DNA of 64,000 nucleotides, from assembly GCF_006345805.1 (NCBI RefSeq), contig NC_043018.1, forward strand, positions 28,768,001 to 28,832,000. Direction: 5' to 3'. Under the pieces are notes generated by a model. That model was given only the letters and a program-made list of their open reading frames with translations. It did no database searches and was not told where the DNA came from. The position numbers and the translations under genes are program-made. This DNA is from Octopus sinensis (Eukaryota). Positions 25,698 to 39,555 of this stretch are shown one piece after another; position 1 is the stretch's first letter, and every line of letters begins with the position of its first letter.

Positions 25698-26344
25698 TGA
25701 GAATCTTGCGAAAAATTATACAGACTGGAGGAGAGAGTGCTTTTTGCAGCTTCAAAATTTCGAAGGAAAATAAACCAACAGAATAACAGTCATCACGTGC
25801 CAGTTTATTAAGTCATGTTCTTATGTCCATCCATAGTGATTTTGGTAGCCTGAGGACTCACACGAGGTGTCTACAGGCGAGTGAGTGAACTGTAAACGTT
25901 GGTAAATAGTTTTACTAATAATGTGTTGTTGATTGTCTATTGTGTATTTGATTGGATACTTTTCCTTTCTGTCTTCTTGTTGAATATTCACTCCTCGTCT
26001 TCGATCGGAGAGTCCGTCATAGGTATATACACATATAGATACATACATGCATACACACATACACATGTATGTGTGTATGCGTGTGTCTGATTTGAGGGGA
26101 TTTGGTTGAGTGGATGTGTGCGTGTGTTTATATATATGTGTGTGTGTTTGTGTGTGTGTACGTGTGTGTATAGCCAAGAGTGACCGGTCAGTCTAGGGAA
26201 TTCTCGGTTCGGTGTTCGGGGCGATTACAACCCCTATCAGAGTTTATGATGTGTGCTTTATAAAAGCGTTGGAGCATTTAGTTCTTATTTCTTGACACGC
26301 TTAGTCACGCTTAGTTGAGGACTATAATTCTCCTTATATATATA

Positions 26345-26389
<45 letters not shown>

Positions 26390-26394
<5 letters not shown>

Positions 26395-26810
26395 TATTTG
26401 AGGGAATAAAATCCAAACTTACAAGGAAAAAAATTCAATTTAGAAATACTAAATCAAATTTTACACAATATATTATATATATAAAAAATTAGAAAAAACA
26501 ACTTTTATCAATTCAAAATGAACAATTAAATTACACCATCTAGAAAATTACATATAATAGAAAAATTAAAATTAAAATAGCAATAAGATGTAAAGATTAA
26601 GTAAATTGCAAAAAATAATAATAATAAAACGTATATAATAGGTAGAAAAACAGAAAAAGGAGTTTTTATTATTATTTTTTGCAATTTACTTAATCTTTAC
26701 ATTTTATTGCTATTTTAATTTTAATTTTTCTATTATATGTAATTTTCTAGATGGTGTAATTTAATTGTTCATTTTAAATTGATAAAAGGTGTTTTTTCTA
26801 ATTTTATATA
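26390..26810. repeat. (TA)n-embedded fold-back (about 150-bp inverted arms)
   Basis: 26478-26629 is the reverse complement of 26663-26810. Confidence 0.85.
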
Positions 26811-27409
26811 TATATATATATATATATGTAAATTACAATTAAGGGTATCTAAGAGATAACTTCCATGCTAGAGATAGCAGTCAAAACTTGACTCTGAAAC
26901 CACAAGTGGTTTTAGAGTTTAGTATAAGAATGAAAGAATTGGATATATATGTACACACGCATACACACACAGAGTATTATTGTTGTTGTTGTTATTATTA
27001 TTATCATTATTATCATTATTATTATTATTGTTATTATTACTAGTATATAGTAGCAGTAGTGGTGGTGGTGTTGGTAGTGGTGGTAAGCTTGATTAACCAA
27101 GTTTTGCTGAATTGTGAAGAATTCTGAAAACATCTACTAACGAGACATGGCTATATCGTTAGTTCTGTGTAACGATGTGTGAAGAACGTGAGTGTATGTG
27201 TACATGTATGTGTCTGCGCGTGTGTGTGTATGTGTGTGTTTACGCAGTTATGGGTGCATGTAAGTATTTGTTTTGCTTATTGAGTGTAAATGTGTATCTA
27301 TATGTCTGTGCGAGAACCTGTATGCTTTAATGTTTGTATCAACGCGTACATAGGCAGGATGCATGGCAAAAAGACAATATACCACTGAACTGACGTCTTC
27401 GGTTGTTAT

Positions 27410-27680
27410 GTTTGTTCCTTCTCGAGCCATGCCTGGCTCATAAGGGCCGGTTTCCCGGTTTCTTGGCGTATAGGTTCCCCACCCGGACGGTTCGCCGGTC
27501 CGTCGCAGGTGAGCTGCAAGATGCAGGAGAAAAGAGTGAGAGAAAGTTGTGGCGAAAGAATCAGCAAAAGTTTCGCCATTACCTTCTGCCGGAGCCGCAT
27601 GGAGCTTAGATGTTTTCGCTCATAAACACACACATCGCCCGGTCGAGATTCGAACCCGCGATCCCTCGACCATGTGCCTC
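27410..27680 (-). mobile_element. SINE-A with a deletion in the tRNA head and a 9-bp TSD
   Basis: GGTTGTTAT at 27401-27409 and 27681-27689. Confidence 0.9.
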
Positions 27681-27729
27681 GGTTGTTATCCCTGAATCTT
27701 ACCGATATCTATTTCTCATGCTCAGATAG

Positions 27730-28000
27730 GCTTTGGGACTGACAAAATCTACAGAGACATCTAAACGACGACAGCAGTGAACAGTTGTGGTCATTGCTTG
27801 TGAGACACTTCTTTCTGTAGCTCGGCTTTTTGAAGGAAATTTAGCCTTGGTTAAGTGCTATCAACTTATTCTACTGTGAAGATTATCTCCATTGCTTTTC
27901 TTTGGCTGAGAAGGATCGGCAGTCTTTGTCTGCAGTATCGAAAATGATTATGTTGAATGAGATTGAAAATGCTGAAGAAAAAACACCTTTCTCTTTAATC
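27730..28000 (-). pseudogene. Possible highly decayed LINE AP-endonuclease relic
   Basis: Minus-strand NIIIFD...KLIALNQG and RLDVSVDFVSP loosely resemble APE motifs; many stops. Confidence 0.2.
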
Positions 28001-28418
28001 AAGCCCTCATCAACTTTTTCAAGGAAACTGAAGGCAGGGAGGGAAGTGTTACCTTCGGGCAAATTTGCTCAAAGGAGGATGAGGAAAGTGACCATGGTAT
28101 GAGTGAATTGACCTGATCTGAGCTTGCGTTTATAGTTTGAAGGAGGACGACGGGGAGAGAAGGCTTGCCTAAGTGATCAGGTTGACAGCGGTTTTGTGGG
28201 GTTCCACGACTCGCCCCAGGATGACATTTAGTGTTTCCTGTTTTGGGAACGTAGTCATTGTTTAACTTATATTTGTTCATTTTTGCTTATGCTATTTTCC
28301 TGTTTACACGATTTCCACGTAATCCCATTCTGCATTATCCTGTACTAATCCCGATGGTTTGATCAAGCTTAGGTAGGTTACGAAAGAAAACAGTAACAGC
28401 TCGGCGTGCTAATGATTC

Positions 28419-29640
28419 TTATTTCTTTATTGCCCACAAGGGGCTAAATACAGAGGGGACAAACAAGGACAGACAGAGGGATTAAGTCGATTATTTCGAC
28501 CCTAGTGCGTAACTGGTACTTAATTTATCGACCCCGAAAAGTCGACCTCGGCGGAATTTGAACTCAGAACGTAGCGGCAGACAAAATACCGCTAAGCATT
28601 TCGCCAGGCGTGCTAACAATTCTGCCAGATCGCCGCCTTTAGAAGAATTTTAATCATGGTTTCAAATTTTGGCCGAAGGCCAGCAAATTCTAGGGTTAGA
28701 AGTCAATTTCATCGACCCCAGTTCAACTCCAGTTTAACGGGTACTTATTTTATCGACTCTGAAAAGATAAAAGGCAAAATCAAACTCAGCGAAATTTCAG
28801 CTCAGAACATAAAGACGGTCGAAATGCCGCTAAGCATTTTGTCCGGCGTGCCAACAGTTCTGCCAGCTCACCAACTTATAGAAAATATTAATATTATTAT
28901 TCGTTTCAAATTTTGGCATAAGGTCCTAATTGCGGTGAGGGGGCACCCTAAGTGCTCAACGACCCCGAAAGGATAAAGGGAAAATCGACCGAGACGAAAC
29001 AATTTGAGCTCAGAACATAAAGACGGTCGAAATGCCGCTAAGCATTTTGTCCGGCGTGCCAACAGTTCTGCCAGCTTACCGCCTTAATGAAAACATTAAT
29101 ATTGTTATTAGTTTAAAGACAGTGAGTAGGTAGAATTGTTAGCAGACAAGACAAAAATGCTTCACGACATTTCGTCCGACTTTACGTTCTAATAGCACCG
29201 AGGTCATTTCAAATGCCGACTAGTTCGATTTCGCGTTTTATCCTGTCACAGTTGATGAAATAAGCGCCAGTTTAAGTCTGGGTCGATGTAGTCAAAATTA
29301 CTGGCCTTGTGTTTTATTTAGAAAGGGTCTTACTATTTTTCTCATGATCGTTATCCTCATCATCAATACCCTCATCATCATCATCATCATCATCATCACT
29401 ACTTACCTGTTTCTTTACAACCCACAGGGGGCTAAACACAGATGGGACAAACAAGGACAGAAAAAACGGATTAAGTCGATTACATTGACCCCAGTGCGTA
29501 ACTGGTATTTAATTTATCGACCCCGATAGGATGAAAGGCAAAGTCGACCTCGGCGGAATTTGAACTCAGAACGTAACGGCAGACGAAATACAGCTACACA
29601 TTTCGCCCGGCGTGCTAACGTTTCTGCCAGCTCGCCGCCT
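28419..29640 (-). mobile_element. Cluster of SINE-B copies (28419-28639, 28656-28875, 28960-29086 and 29396-29640 on minus; a degenerate plus copy at 29110-29320)
   Basis: Diagnostic heads and GGTCGAC cores. Confidence 0.8.
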
Positions 29641-29641
29641 T

Positions 29642-29672
<31 letters not shown>

Positions 29673-30118
29673 AGCATCATCATAATCACTACCATCATCA
29701 TTTTTTCACTGTTATTTCTATTTTCTCCCAGTCAAAGTTTATTGAAAAATTTCCTTTCATCTTCATTTGTCTTCCATATTCTCACACTCTAATTCATTCT
29801 CTACACCTGCTACATAAAAATTGCTTTACTTTCAGACTAAGAAAAAAAGAACATTCATATTCTTAGTATAAATATAATACGAAACCAAAAAGAACAAAAC
29901 AACACCCCCACCACGCACAAAAAAACCCCAACAAAAGAACCAATGAGAAATGGAATACGAAATTATTAAATAGTTTTACACAACATCATAGCATACGACT
30001 GGACGAAACACATTCGGCTGTCTGTAACTTTATTGACAGGCGGTAATGCATTAGGTGTTGTATCAGTTCAAAGAAGCGGCAACACATTTGGTGTTCTTTT
30101 AATATGCAACTGGGTAAT

Positions 30119-30750
30119 TAGGCGGCGAGATGGCAGAGTCGTTAGCATGCTTAGTGGCATTTTGTCTCCTTTTTTTATGTTCTGAGTTCAAATGTCACTG
30201 AGGTCGATTTTACCTTTTATCATTTCCATGGTCAATAAAATTATTACTAGTTGAGCACTGGAGTCGATGTAATCGACTTGCGCCAGCTCCTTTAAAATGG
30301 CTGACCTTGTACCAAAATTTGGAACCGTTAAGGCAGCGAGCTAGCAGAATCGTTAGCATGCCTGCCGAAATGCTTAACCGTATTTCGTCTGCCGTTACGT
30401 TCTGAGTTCAAATTCCGCCGAGGTCGATTTTGCCTTTCATCCTTTCGGGGTCGATACATTAAATACCAGTTACGCATTGGAGTCGATATAATCGACTTAA
30501 TCCGTTTGTCTGTCCTTGTTTGACCCCTCTGTGTTTAGCCCCTTGTGGGTAGTAAAGAAATAGGTATTTCGTTTGACTTTACATTCTGAGTTCAAATTTC
30601 GCAGAGGTCGACTTTGTCTTTCATCCTTTCGGGGTCGATAAATTAAGTACCAGTTAGGCACTGGGGTCGATATAATCGACTTAATCCGTTTACCTGTCCG
30701 TCCTTGTTTGTCCCCTCTGTGTTTAGCCTTTTGTGGGTAGTAAAGAAATA
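30119..30750 (+). mobile_element. SINE-B (B2 tail) followed by a SINE-B head-to-tail dimer
   Basis: Dimer junction AAAGAAATAG|GTATTTCG at about 30556-30571. Confidence 0.85.
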
Positions 30751-30763
30751 AGAATCGTTAGGA

Positions 30764-31078
30764 TGCGTAGGAGTGGCTGTGTGGTAAGTAGCTTGCTTAT
30801 CAACCACATGGCTCCGGGTTCAATCCCACTGTGTGGCACCTTGGGCAAGTGTCTTCTGCTATAGCTTTGGCCTGACCAAAGCCTTATGAGTGGATTTGGT
30901 AGACGGAAACTGAAAGAAGCCTGTATGTGTATGTGTGTATATGTTTGTGTGTCTGTGTTTGTCCCCCACCCAACATCGCTTGACAACCGATGGTGGTGTG
31001 TTTACGTCCTTGTAACGAAGTAGTTCGGCCAAATGACCGATAGAATAAGTACTAGGCTTACAAAGAACAAAAGAATAC
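30764..31078 (+). mobile_element. SINE-C, 3'-truncated
   Basis: Head, CORE-like segment and part of the 3' half. Confidence 0.85.
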
Positions 31079-31147
31079 ATGTATGTATGTATGTATGTAT
31101 GTATGTATGTATGTATGTATGTATGTATGTATGTATGTATATATCTA

Positions 31148-31216
<69 letters not shown>

Positions 31217-32051
31217 GACAAATTTATTTTAGTTTCCGTCTACCAAACCCACTCACAAGGCTTAAGTTAACCCGAGACTATAACAGAAGATGGTTATGCA
31301 AGTGCCACGCAGTATGTACGTATGTATGTATGTATGTATGTATGTATGTATGTATGTATGTATGTATGTATGTATGTATGTATGAGTTTATGTATGTATG
31401 TATATATGCATGTATGTATGTATATATGTATGCATGTATGCATGTATGCATGTATGTATGTATGTATGTAATGACTGTAGCACACGCCAGTAGTATTGAT
31501 TATTTCGTCGTCAGATAGCTGAAATGGAATATCGACTACAGTTAAACTTTTTATCGCAATACAAACATAAGGGCCACATCTCGCATTTGGTAGGTTTTAT
31601 GGAAGAATCCGCAAGTTTGGTAACAAAAAAAAAAAGAAACCAAAAAAGAGAAAATAATAATAATTTGTGAAGTCGAAGAGAATGATTTAAAAAAAAAAAG
31701 GATCTGACTATAGAAAGTTGTTCAAGAATTGACGTTGATGAGGTTTTATGCTTGGAATAAAAGAAATGAGGAGATTAGTTGTCATCAGGGAATGCCTATA
31801 AAGTGAAGAATGGTAAGTAAGGAATTACTGTACAAAAATTGCTACCGTGTTGGAACATGTAAAGAATACAGGAATAATTCTGAAAGAACGATGTATTGCA
31901 CTTGAATAATTCAAAAGAAGAAACCTTTGAGAGAACAAAACAGCTACATAAAAAATGAAAAACACAATCAATACCATACACATACGAGTTCATACGTACG
32001 CATGCGTAAGTGCGAACGTTTGTGCTTTGAGTGTGCACACATGTGTGTGTG

Positions 32052-32082
<31 letters not shown>

Positions 32083-32145
32083 TGATATATATGTATGTAT
32101 ATATATATATATATATATATTGATATATATGTATGTATATGTATG

Positions 32146-32182
<37 letters not shown>

Positions 32183-32211
32183 ATATATATGTATGTATAT
32201 ATATATATATA

Positions 32212-32278
<67 letters not shown>

Positions 32279-32364
32279 ATATATATGTATGTATATGTAT
32301 GTATATATATATATATGATATATATGTATGTATATGTATGTATATATATGTATATATATGTATG

Positions 32365-32403
<39 letters not shown>

Positions 32404-32820
32404 ATATATATATACATGGTTGTTTGCGAACATTCAAAAGGACACAAACATGTTTGCGTGTGTGTGTATATATATGTGTGTGTGTTGTGTGTGCGTGTAC
32501 CCACACACACATATGCACATACCCCTCCACACAGACATACACACACACGCACACACACATACACACGCATATATATATACTGAAAGATAGAAAGAGAGAG
32601 AGGGGGAGGGGGAGAAAGTGGGAGACAGAGGGATAGTGAGAGAGAGGGGATAAGGAGAGAGAGGGGGTGAGAGAGAGTGAGAGAAAGAGGGAGGAACCAG
32701 AGTGTGATGCCGTGAGAAAAGGTGAGAAAGATGGCTGGAGAGTGAGGGAGAGAGAGTATAGTGAGATATAGATACGATGAGAGAGGGAGACAGAGAGAGA
32801 GAGGGGGGGGTGAAGAAGGA

Positions 32821-32852
<32 letters not shown>

Positions 32853-32880
32853 GAAAGAAGGGAGAGAAAGCGCGTGTGTC
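31078..32880. repeat. Microsatellite-rich block: (ATGT)n, (TA)n, (CTAT)n, (GA)n/(GAAA)n
   Basis: Directly visible; includes a short SINE-C fragment at about 31215-31312 and a non-repetitive stretch at about 31480-31990. Confidence 0.85.
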
Positions 32881-33393
32881 TCTGGAAAAAAACTGGCAGA
32901 AAAGAGGGAAAAAAACATGGACAGATTATTTTAGTGAGATGGATGAGTGAATAGATGTAGTTAAATTGTGGAATTGAATAGGAAAATTGGACTTTAAAAG
33001 ATTACTTTTACAGTCTGAGATAACATTATTTGGAGACGGCGTGACATGATGTGTGGGAACCGAACTGATTTGGTAAGTGAATTCAGTAAATTTCTGCAGA
33101 ATGAATACAGAAGACCTGATAAAATAGCCTGGATTCTGTCCTATGAGCTGTACGGAGTGAATACAATTTACCAATGGCAGAAAATGTCCTGATCAGCTTC
33201 GTAATACAATTTACTCTGCAAGAAAGACGCAAAGAGCGTCGGAAAAAAATGTCTCGTTGCCCTTATTTACGTTCCACATCTGAGTTCAAATCCTCCCTGC
33301 TCTTTAAGTCCATAATTGCTTTTTTTTATATTGAGCATGTACATCAGGATATAACTGTTGAATTAATCTGCATATAACATAACTCATAAATAA

Positions 33394-33570
33394 GGCGCAG
33401 GTGTGGCTGTGTGGTAAGAAGTTTACTCTTCCCCTACCAGCCACATGGTTCTAGGTTCAGTCCTACTGCATACGTGCTACCTTGGGCAAGTGTTTTCTAC
33501 TATTGCCTCGGGCCGATTAAAGCCTTCTGTGTGGATTTTGTAGACAGAAACTGAAAGAAATCAGTCGTAT
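33394..33570 (+). mobile_element. SINE-C 5' half ending in its internal microsatellite
   Basis: Head plus CORE-like segment. Confidence 0.85.
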
Positions 33571-33593
33571 ATACACATACATACATACATACA

Positions 33594-33625
<32 letters not shown>

Positions 33626-33794
33626 CATATATATATACATATATATATATATATTCATATATATATATATTCATATACAACGGAGCATTTTGATTTTGTC
33701 TTGACGAGTTCGATAAACGAACAATACTGCTAATAAAGAATTATCCGAAATTCCGACTGCCTCCTTTTCCTCAATATACAACATCTGTGCACCA

Positions 33795-33895
33795 CTTCAA
33801 ACAAGGAGGTATTATTTTCAGTCGCATTTGTTTGTTTGTCCATGGACAAGATATCTTAAGAACCGCTGGATGGATTCGGATGAAACTGACTAGAA
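33795..33895 (+). mobile_element. Helentron/DINE-1-like (HINE) fragment
   Basis: GGAGGTATTATTTTCAGTCGCATTTGTTTGTTTGTC...GGATGGATTCGGATGAAACT resembles the HINE core (recalled pattern). Confidence 0.45.
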
Positions 33896-34264
33896 TGTAC
33901 TTTTCTGATGATGAACTTATTTCCGTGGTAAAGCTTTGGCGCCAGACATCCCCTCCCGACTTCTACACACGAGGCCTTCACAGATTCGATGAGAGAAGTG
34001 TGTTACCATTAAAGGTAGCAATGTAGAGAAGGACTAATAATTATGCGAAGTTTCGTTTAGCCCATTCCTTGGGAAGTGGGCCAGGGAAATTCTTCAATGA
34101 ACACTTCTCGTACAAAGGAAAAGTAAAATCAAAAGTGGTAAAAAATTAACCTGAAGCACTATCTGTATGTAAGATTTAAAAGGTGTCCACGTGGGTGTCC
34201 TGGTTTTGTTGATAAAAAAAGGTTTCAAATTTTGATGGAAGACCAGCGATTTTATGAGATTAGT

Positions 34265-34425
34265 CGGGTACATCGACTTCAGTATTTCCCTGGGATTTTA
34301 TTGTATCGATTCTAAAAGGATGTAGTGCAAAGTCGATCTCGGTGGAATTTGAACTCAGAACTTGAAGTCGGACGAAATGACGGCTTCACGTTCTGTCCGA
34401 CGTGCTAACGATTGCGCCAGCTCAA
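34265..34425 (-). mobile_element. Diverged SINE-B
   Basis: AAAGTCGATCTCGGTGGAATTTGAACTCAGAAC...GCCAGCTC. Confidence 0.75.
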
Positions 34426-35293
34426 GACGATTGTTTTAAAAATAATAATGATATAGGGTGGTATGTTAATTCATAAGATAATTAACAAATGATCTCAAGA
34501 ACAATAATAAATTTTGTGAAGTGTTACATAATTCCAGCAAATCAGGATTTCAAAATGAATGCAAAGGGGCAGTCGTAGATCCTGTCTTTTATAGTTCAGC
34601 AACTATTCCCCATAGCTTAGTTATCCTTCATGCACGAAAAGAACATTCTGCAAATGAAGTCTAATTTTCCTACGACCTGTTTATTGAGGATCTCAATGCA
34701 CCTTAGCATCGAACATATAATGACTTTCGTGACAGCACGAAAATTTATACGGCAACTAAATGTCACAGAGGACACCCAAATAAATGCTGCAAAATTTATA
34801 ACTATCAGAAGCTAACCGAAAACGCGCAGTGGTGTGTCAGTTTGACAACGCTGTGGAACAACTGGTAAAAGAAAACTGAAAGAAGTTACTTCCAATGTTC
34901 TCAGTGATTTTATATGGTACCCTTGATGTCACTTCATTGTGGCTTGAAGAGACAAGAATCGGAAATGTACAAAATATTTAAAGATACCGGTTTGAAGCGG
35001 GAGAGAAAAAAATGTCGGTGCAAAATCATTTGGAAAAAATTTTCAGTTGTTCGCTATGTTTCTATTGTGTGGAAAAGAAATTGCTCAAACTGCGGGAGGA
35101 AATTACAAAGGAGATTATTTCCATGGCCAACGTTTCATGTATGTATGTATGTATGTATGTATGTATGTATGTATGTATGTATGTATGTATGTATGTATGT
35201 ATGTATGTATATATGTATGTATGTGTGTATGTATGTATGTATGTATGTATCTATGTGTGTATGTATGTATGTATGTATGTATGTATGTATGTA

Positions 35294-35952
<659 letters not shown>

Positions 35953-36961
35953 TCTTCCATTTTAAAGGGTTACAGAATTAACACAGGTTATGGGAACATA
36001 AACCTTCTTCCACGAAAAGATAGCTTAAACTGTGCTCTAAATGGAGGTATAGTCAAATCCTATTTCATGGACTCAACCATGTTCTAAAATAAGTCGACAG
36101 GTAAGCTTTCCGGACAACCCAATATTTAGTACATTTACAATTCTTGTCTCTTCAACCCACAATGAAGTGATATCAATGGAACCATATAAAACCATTGAGA
36201 AATTTGGAAGTAAATTCGCTCAAATGTCTTTTACCAGTTGTACAGCATTGTCTGACTGACACGACATTGCGCTTTTCCGGTCAGCTTATGACATTTATTT
36301 CTTTTTATTATCGATAAACTTCGATACTTATATTTTATTTCGTCCAGAGAGACGACAGTGGACAATAGTATTCAACGTGAGACCGACCAAACGTAGAGAA
36401 GAAAAGAATTATTTTCTTAGAGCCTCGAGATTGTAAAGTTCAAAGAATCTGACAGCACACTCTGCGAGGAATATAGGCTCTATTAAAAATGCTTATAAGC
36501 ATTTCATCCGTCTTTACGTTCTGAGTTCAAGTTCCGGGATCGATAAAAGTACCAGTTGAGCACTGGAGTTGATCTAATCGACGTACCCCTTCCCCCTAAA
36601 TTGCTGGCCTTGTGCAAAAACGTGAAAGCAATATAAGTTTGATATTGATACGTGCACCTTAACTGTATTTACTCCCAAGTCTCTGATATTATTTGACTCT
36701 GCGACTTCTCCCGAAAGAACTGATAATGGCTTTTTAAGTGTATATTCATTTCTAAGGTAAATAACCTCGGATTTTCCCTCGTTCAGGGTGAACCATATTG
36801 TCACCCATATTCTCCTCTACTAACTTTCTGCGTTTCAGAAATGATTTCCGTTTCAGTACGATGACATTTGCGACAGCATTTATGGGAATAATAAAGAGAT
36901 GTAAGACTACTACAGTGTCCTGAAGGTACATCACGAATGACTCATACTTCTCATGTGTAAA

Positions 36962-37602
36962 TACCTGTTTCTTTACTACCCACAAGGGGCTAAACATAGA
37001 GGGGACAGACAAACAAGGACAGACATAGGTATTAAGTCGATTACATCGACCATAGTGCGTAACTAGTACTTAATTCATCGACCCTGAAAGGATGAAAGGC
37101 AAAGTCGACCTCGGCGGAATTTGAACTCAGAACGTAACGGCAGACGAAATAAGGCTACGCATTTCGCCCGGCGTGCTAACGATTCTACCATCGATCGCAT
37201 ACTCTCTCTCTTTTACTCTTTTACTTGTTTCAGTCATTTGACTGCGGCCATGCTGGAGCACCGCCTTTAGTCGAGCAAATCGACCCGGGACTTATTCTTT
37301 GTTAGCCCAGTACTTATTCTATCGGTCTCTTTTGCCGAACCGCTAAGTGATGGAGACGTAAACACACCAGCATCGGTTGTCAAGCAATGCTAGGGGGACA
37401 AACACACACACACACATACACACACATATATATATACATATATACGACGGGCTTCTTTCAGTTTCCGTCTACCAAATCCACTCAAAAGGCATTGGTCGGC
37501 CCGGGGCTATAGCAGAAGACACTTGCCCAAGATGCCACGCAGTGGGACTGAACCCGGAACCATGTGGTTGGTTAGCAAGCTACTTACCACACAGCCACTC
37601 CT
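36962..37602 (-). mobile_element. SINE-B (36962-37192) adjacent to SINE-C (37202-37602)
   Basis: Diagnostic segments. Confidence 0.85.
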
Positions 37603-37974
37603 TTCCACAGAATCCAATGTTGGACAGTTTCTTCAGTAGTATACGTATATGTTTTGCGTGATATCTATTTGTGGTAGGAATAAAACAGAAACTGAAAGTT
37701 AAAAAGTCCAGCAGACACATACAGAAAGCACCAGACACGCATCAAAATCATACACAAACAATCAATATTTGTTCTATTAACGGAAAATTTGTAATAGATA
37801 GTAACGAGTTATTCCGTTATTAAAAAGATTTTGTCATTAATGACAGTTATTAAGTGCTATGTTTATCACAATTTACACGAATATAAAGAATCAATCACAA
37901 GTATTTCAGTTCCGGACATAGAAGCATCATTTCCGGGATTACGTTTCTAACATCTCAACATTTTAATCGTTCAT

Positions 37975-37975
37975 T

Positions 37976-38020
<45 letters not shown>

Positions 38021-38101
38021 CACCACCACCACCACTACTACTACTACTACTATTACTACCACTACTACTACTACTACCACTACTACTACTACTACTAGTA
38101 T

Positions 38102-38133
<32 letters not shown>

Positions 38134-38155
38134 GTATTACTACTACTACTAGTAT

Positions 38156-38221
<66 letters not shown>

Positions 38222-38222
38222 C
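37975..38222. repeat. (CTA)n/(CCA)n trinucleotide microsatellite
   Basis: Directly visible; produces the poly-V and poly-S ORFs. Confidence 0.95.
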
Positions 38223-38744
38223 ACACACACACACACATGCATATATACTTTTATATTCTTTTAGATGTTTCAGCCATTAGACTGCGGCAATGCCGGACTA
38301 TCGTCTTGAATGTTTTTTTTTCTTTTTTAGTCGAGTGAATCGACCTTAGTATTTATATTTTTCAAACCCTGGTACTTATTCTATTGATATCTTATGCTGA
38401 AACACTAAGTTACAACAAGGACGAAAACACACTAACGTCGGTTGTCAAACGGTTGTAGGGGGGTACAAAGACAGGCAAATAGACACACACATATATACAT
38501 ATGTACATGCATACATACATACATTCATACATACATTCATGCATACATACATACATACATACATACATACACACATACATACATACATACTACATGCATA
38601 TATGTGTGTGTATATATATATATATATACAGGTCGGGTTTCTTTCATTTTCAATCTACCAAATCCACTCGCATGAGTTTGTTTTATATATGTTGGCGATT
38701 TTTTTCCCTCTGTCTTCCCTTCTCTGGATCTTTCCTTCTCCTAT

Positions 38745-38779
38745 GTTTCCGACGAAGAGCTCCGCCCGAAACGTTAAAC
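38745..38779 (+). ncRNA. Variant minimal hammerhead-like motif (family H3)
   Basis: GUUU-CCGACGA-A-GAGC(UCC)GCCC-GAAA-CG-UU-AAAC. Confidence 0.5.
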
Positions 38780-38875
38780 CCTCCTTCCTTCTTTCTTTCC
38801 TGAGCGTCCAATAATACTATATTTGTTCCACGTCCTCGCATTGTTGTGTTTTTTTGTGCTTTCTTGTTTGGATTA

Positions 38876-38936
<61 letters not shown>

Positions 38937-38940
38937 TTTT

Positions 38941-39539
38941 ATATTATATTGAGGGTACTACTATTCGTAGATACCAACACGCTAAGAGGGACCAATGCGG
39001 TCAAAACTACTAAAAATAAACAAAATTTTACCGAATGCAAAACTTCAAAACACATCATTTTAAAAAAGAATTCAGTTACATATCACATGTGATTTCGCAT
39101 TTAAATGCAGAATATGCATTTCTATGTTCATCAGTGCAACAAACTCAAGAAATATAATAGAAAAACATAACATTACAAGCTCGATAGCCAACCGTAGAAT
39201 TCGTCGTAGCATGTCCGAATGTTTATCTTTACATATCTATGAAAATGGCGGGCTTATTCGCAATGCATTTCGGTAACAAATTGTCTAGTCGGAATAAAAA
39301 TTCAGTATTGAACTATTCCGGTGAAAAATATAAATTAACAATTGAGGATAAAATCTTTAAAAGAAATTATCAGTAGTCAGCGTGAAAAACCTCGTAAGAG
39401 AAAAAATCCGTAAATTCCTCCTCTTTGAAAATATTCATTTATATTAAATTGAGGGTACTACTATTCGTAGATACCAACACGCTAAGAGGGACCAATGCGG
39501 TCAAAACTACTAAAAATAAACAAAATTTTACCGAATGCA
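38941..39539 (-). mobile_element. Non-coding PLE/retrozyme-like element H4 (500-bp unit, partial tandem) between (TA)n tracts
   Basis: About 38950-39039 is repeated at about 39450-39539 (offset 500); contains a hammerhead. Confidence 0.75.
39075..39140 (-). ncRNA. Type I hammerhead ribozyme (H4)
   Basis: GUUGCA-CUGAUGA-helix II-GAAA-UCACAUGUGA-UA-UGUAAC; an A.C mismatch closes helix II. Confidence 0.7.
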
Positions 39540-39555
39540 TATATATATATATATA

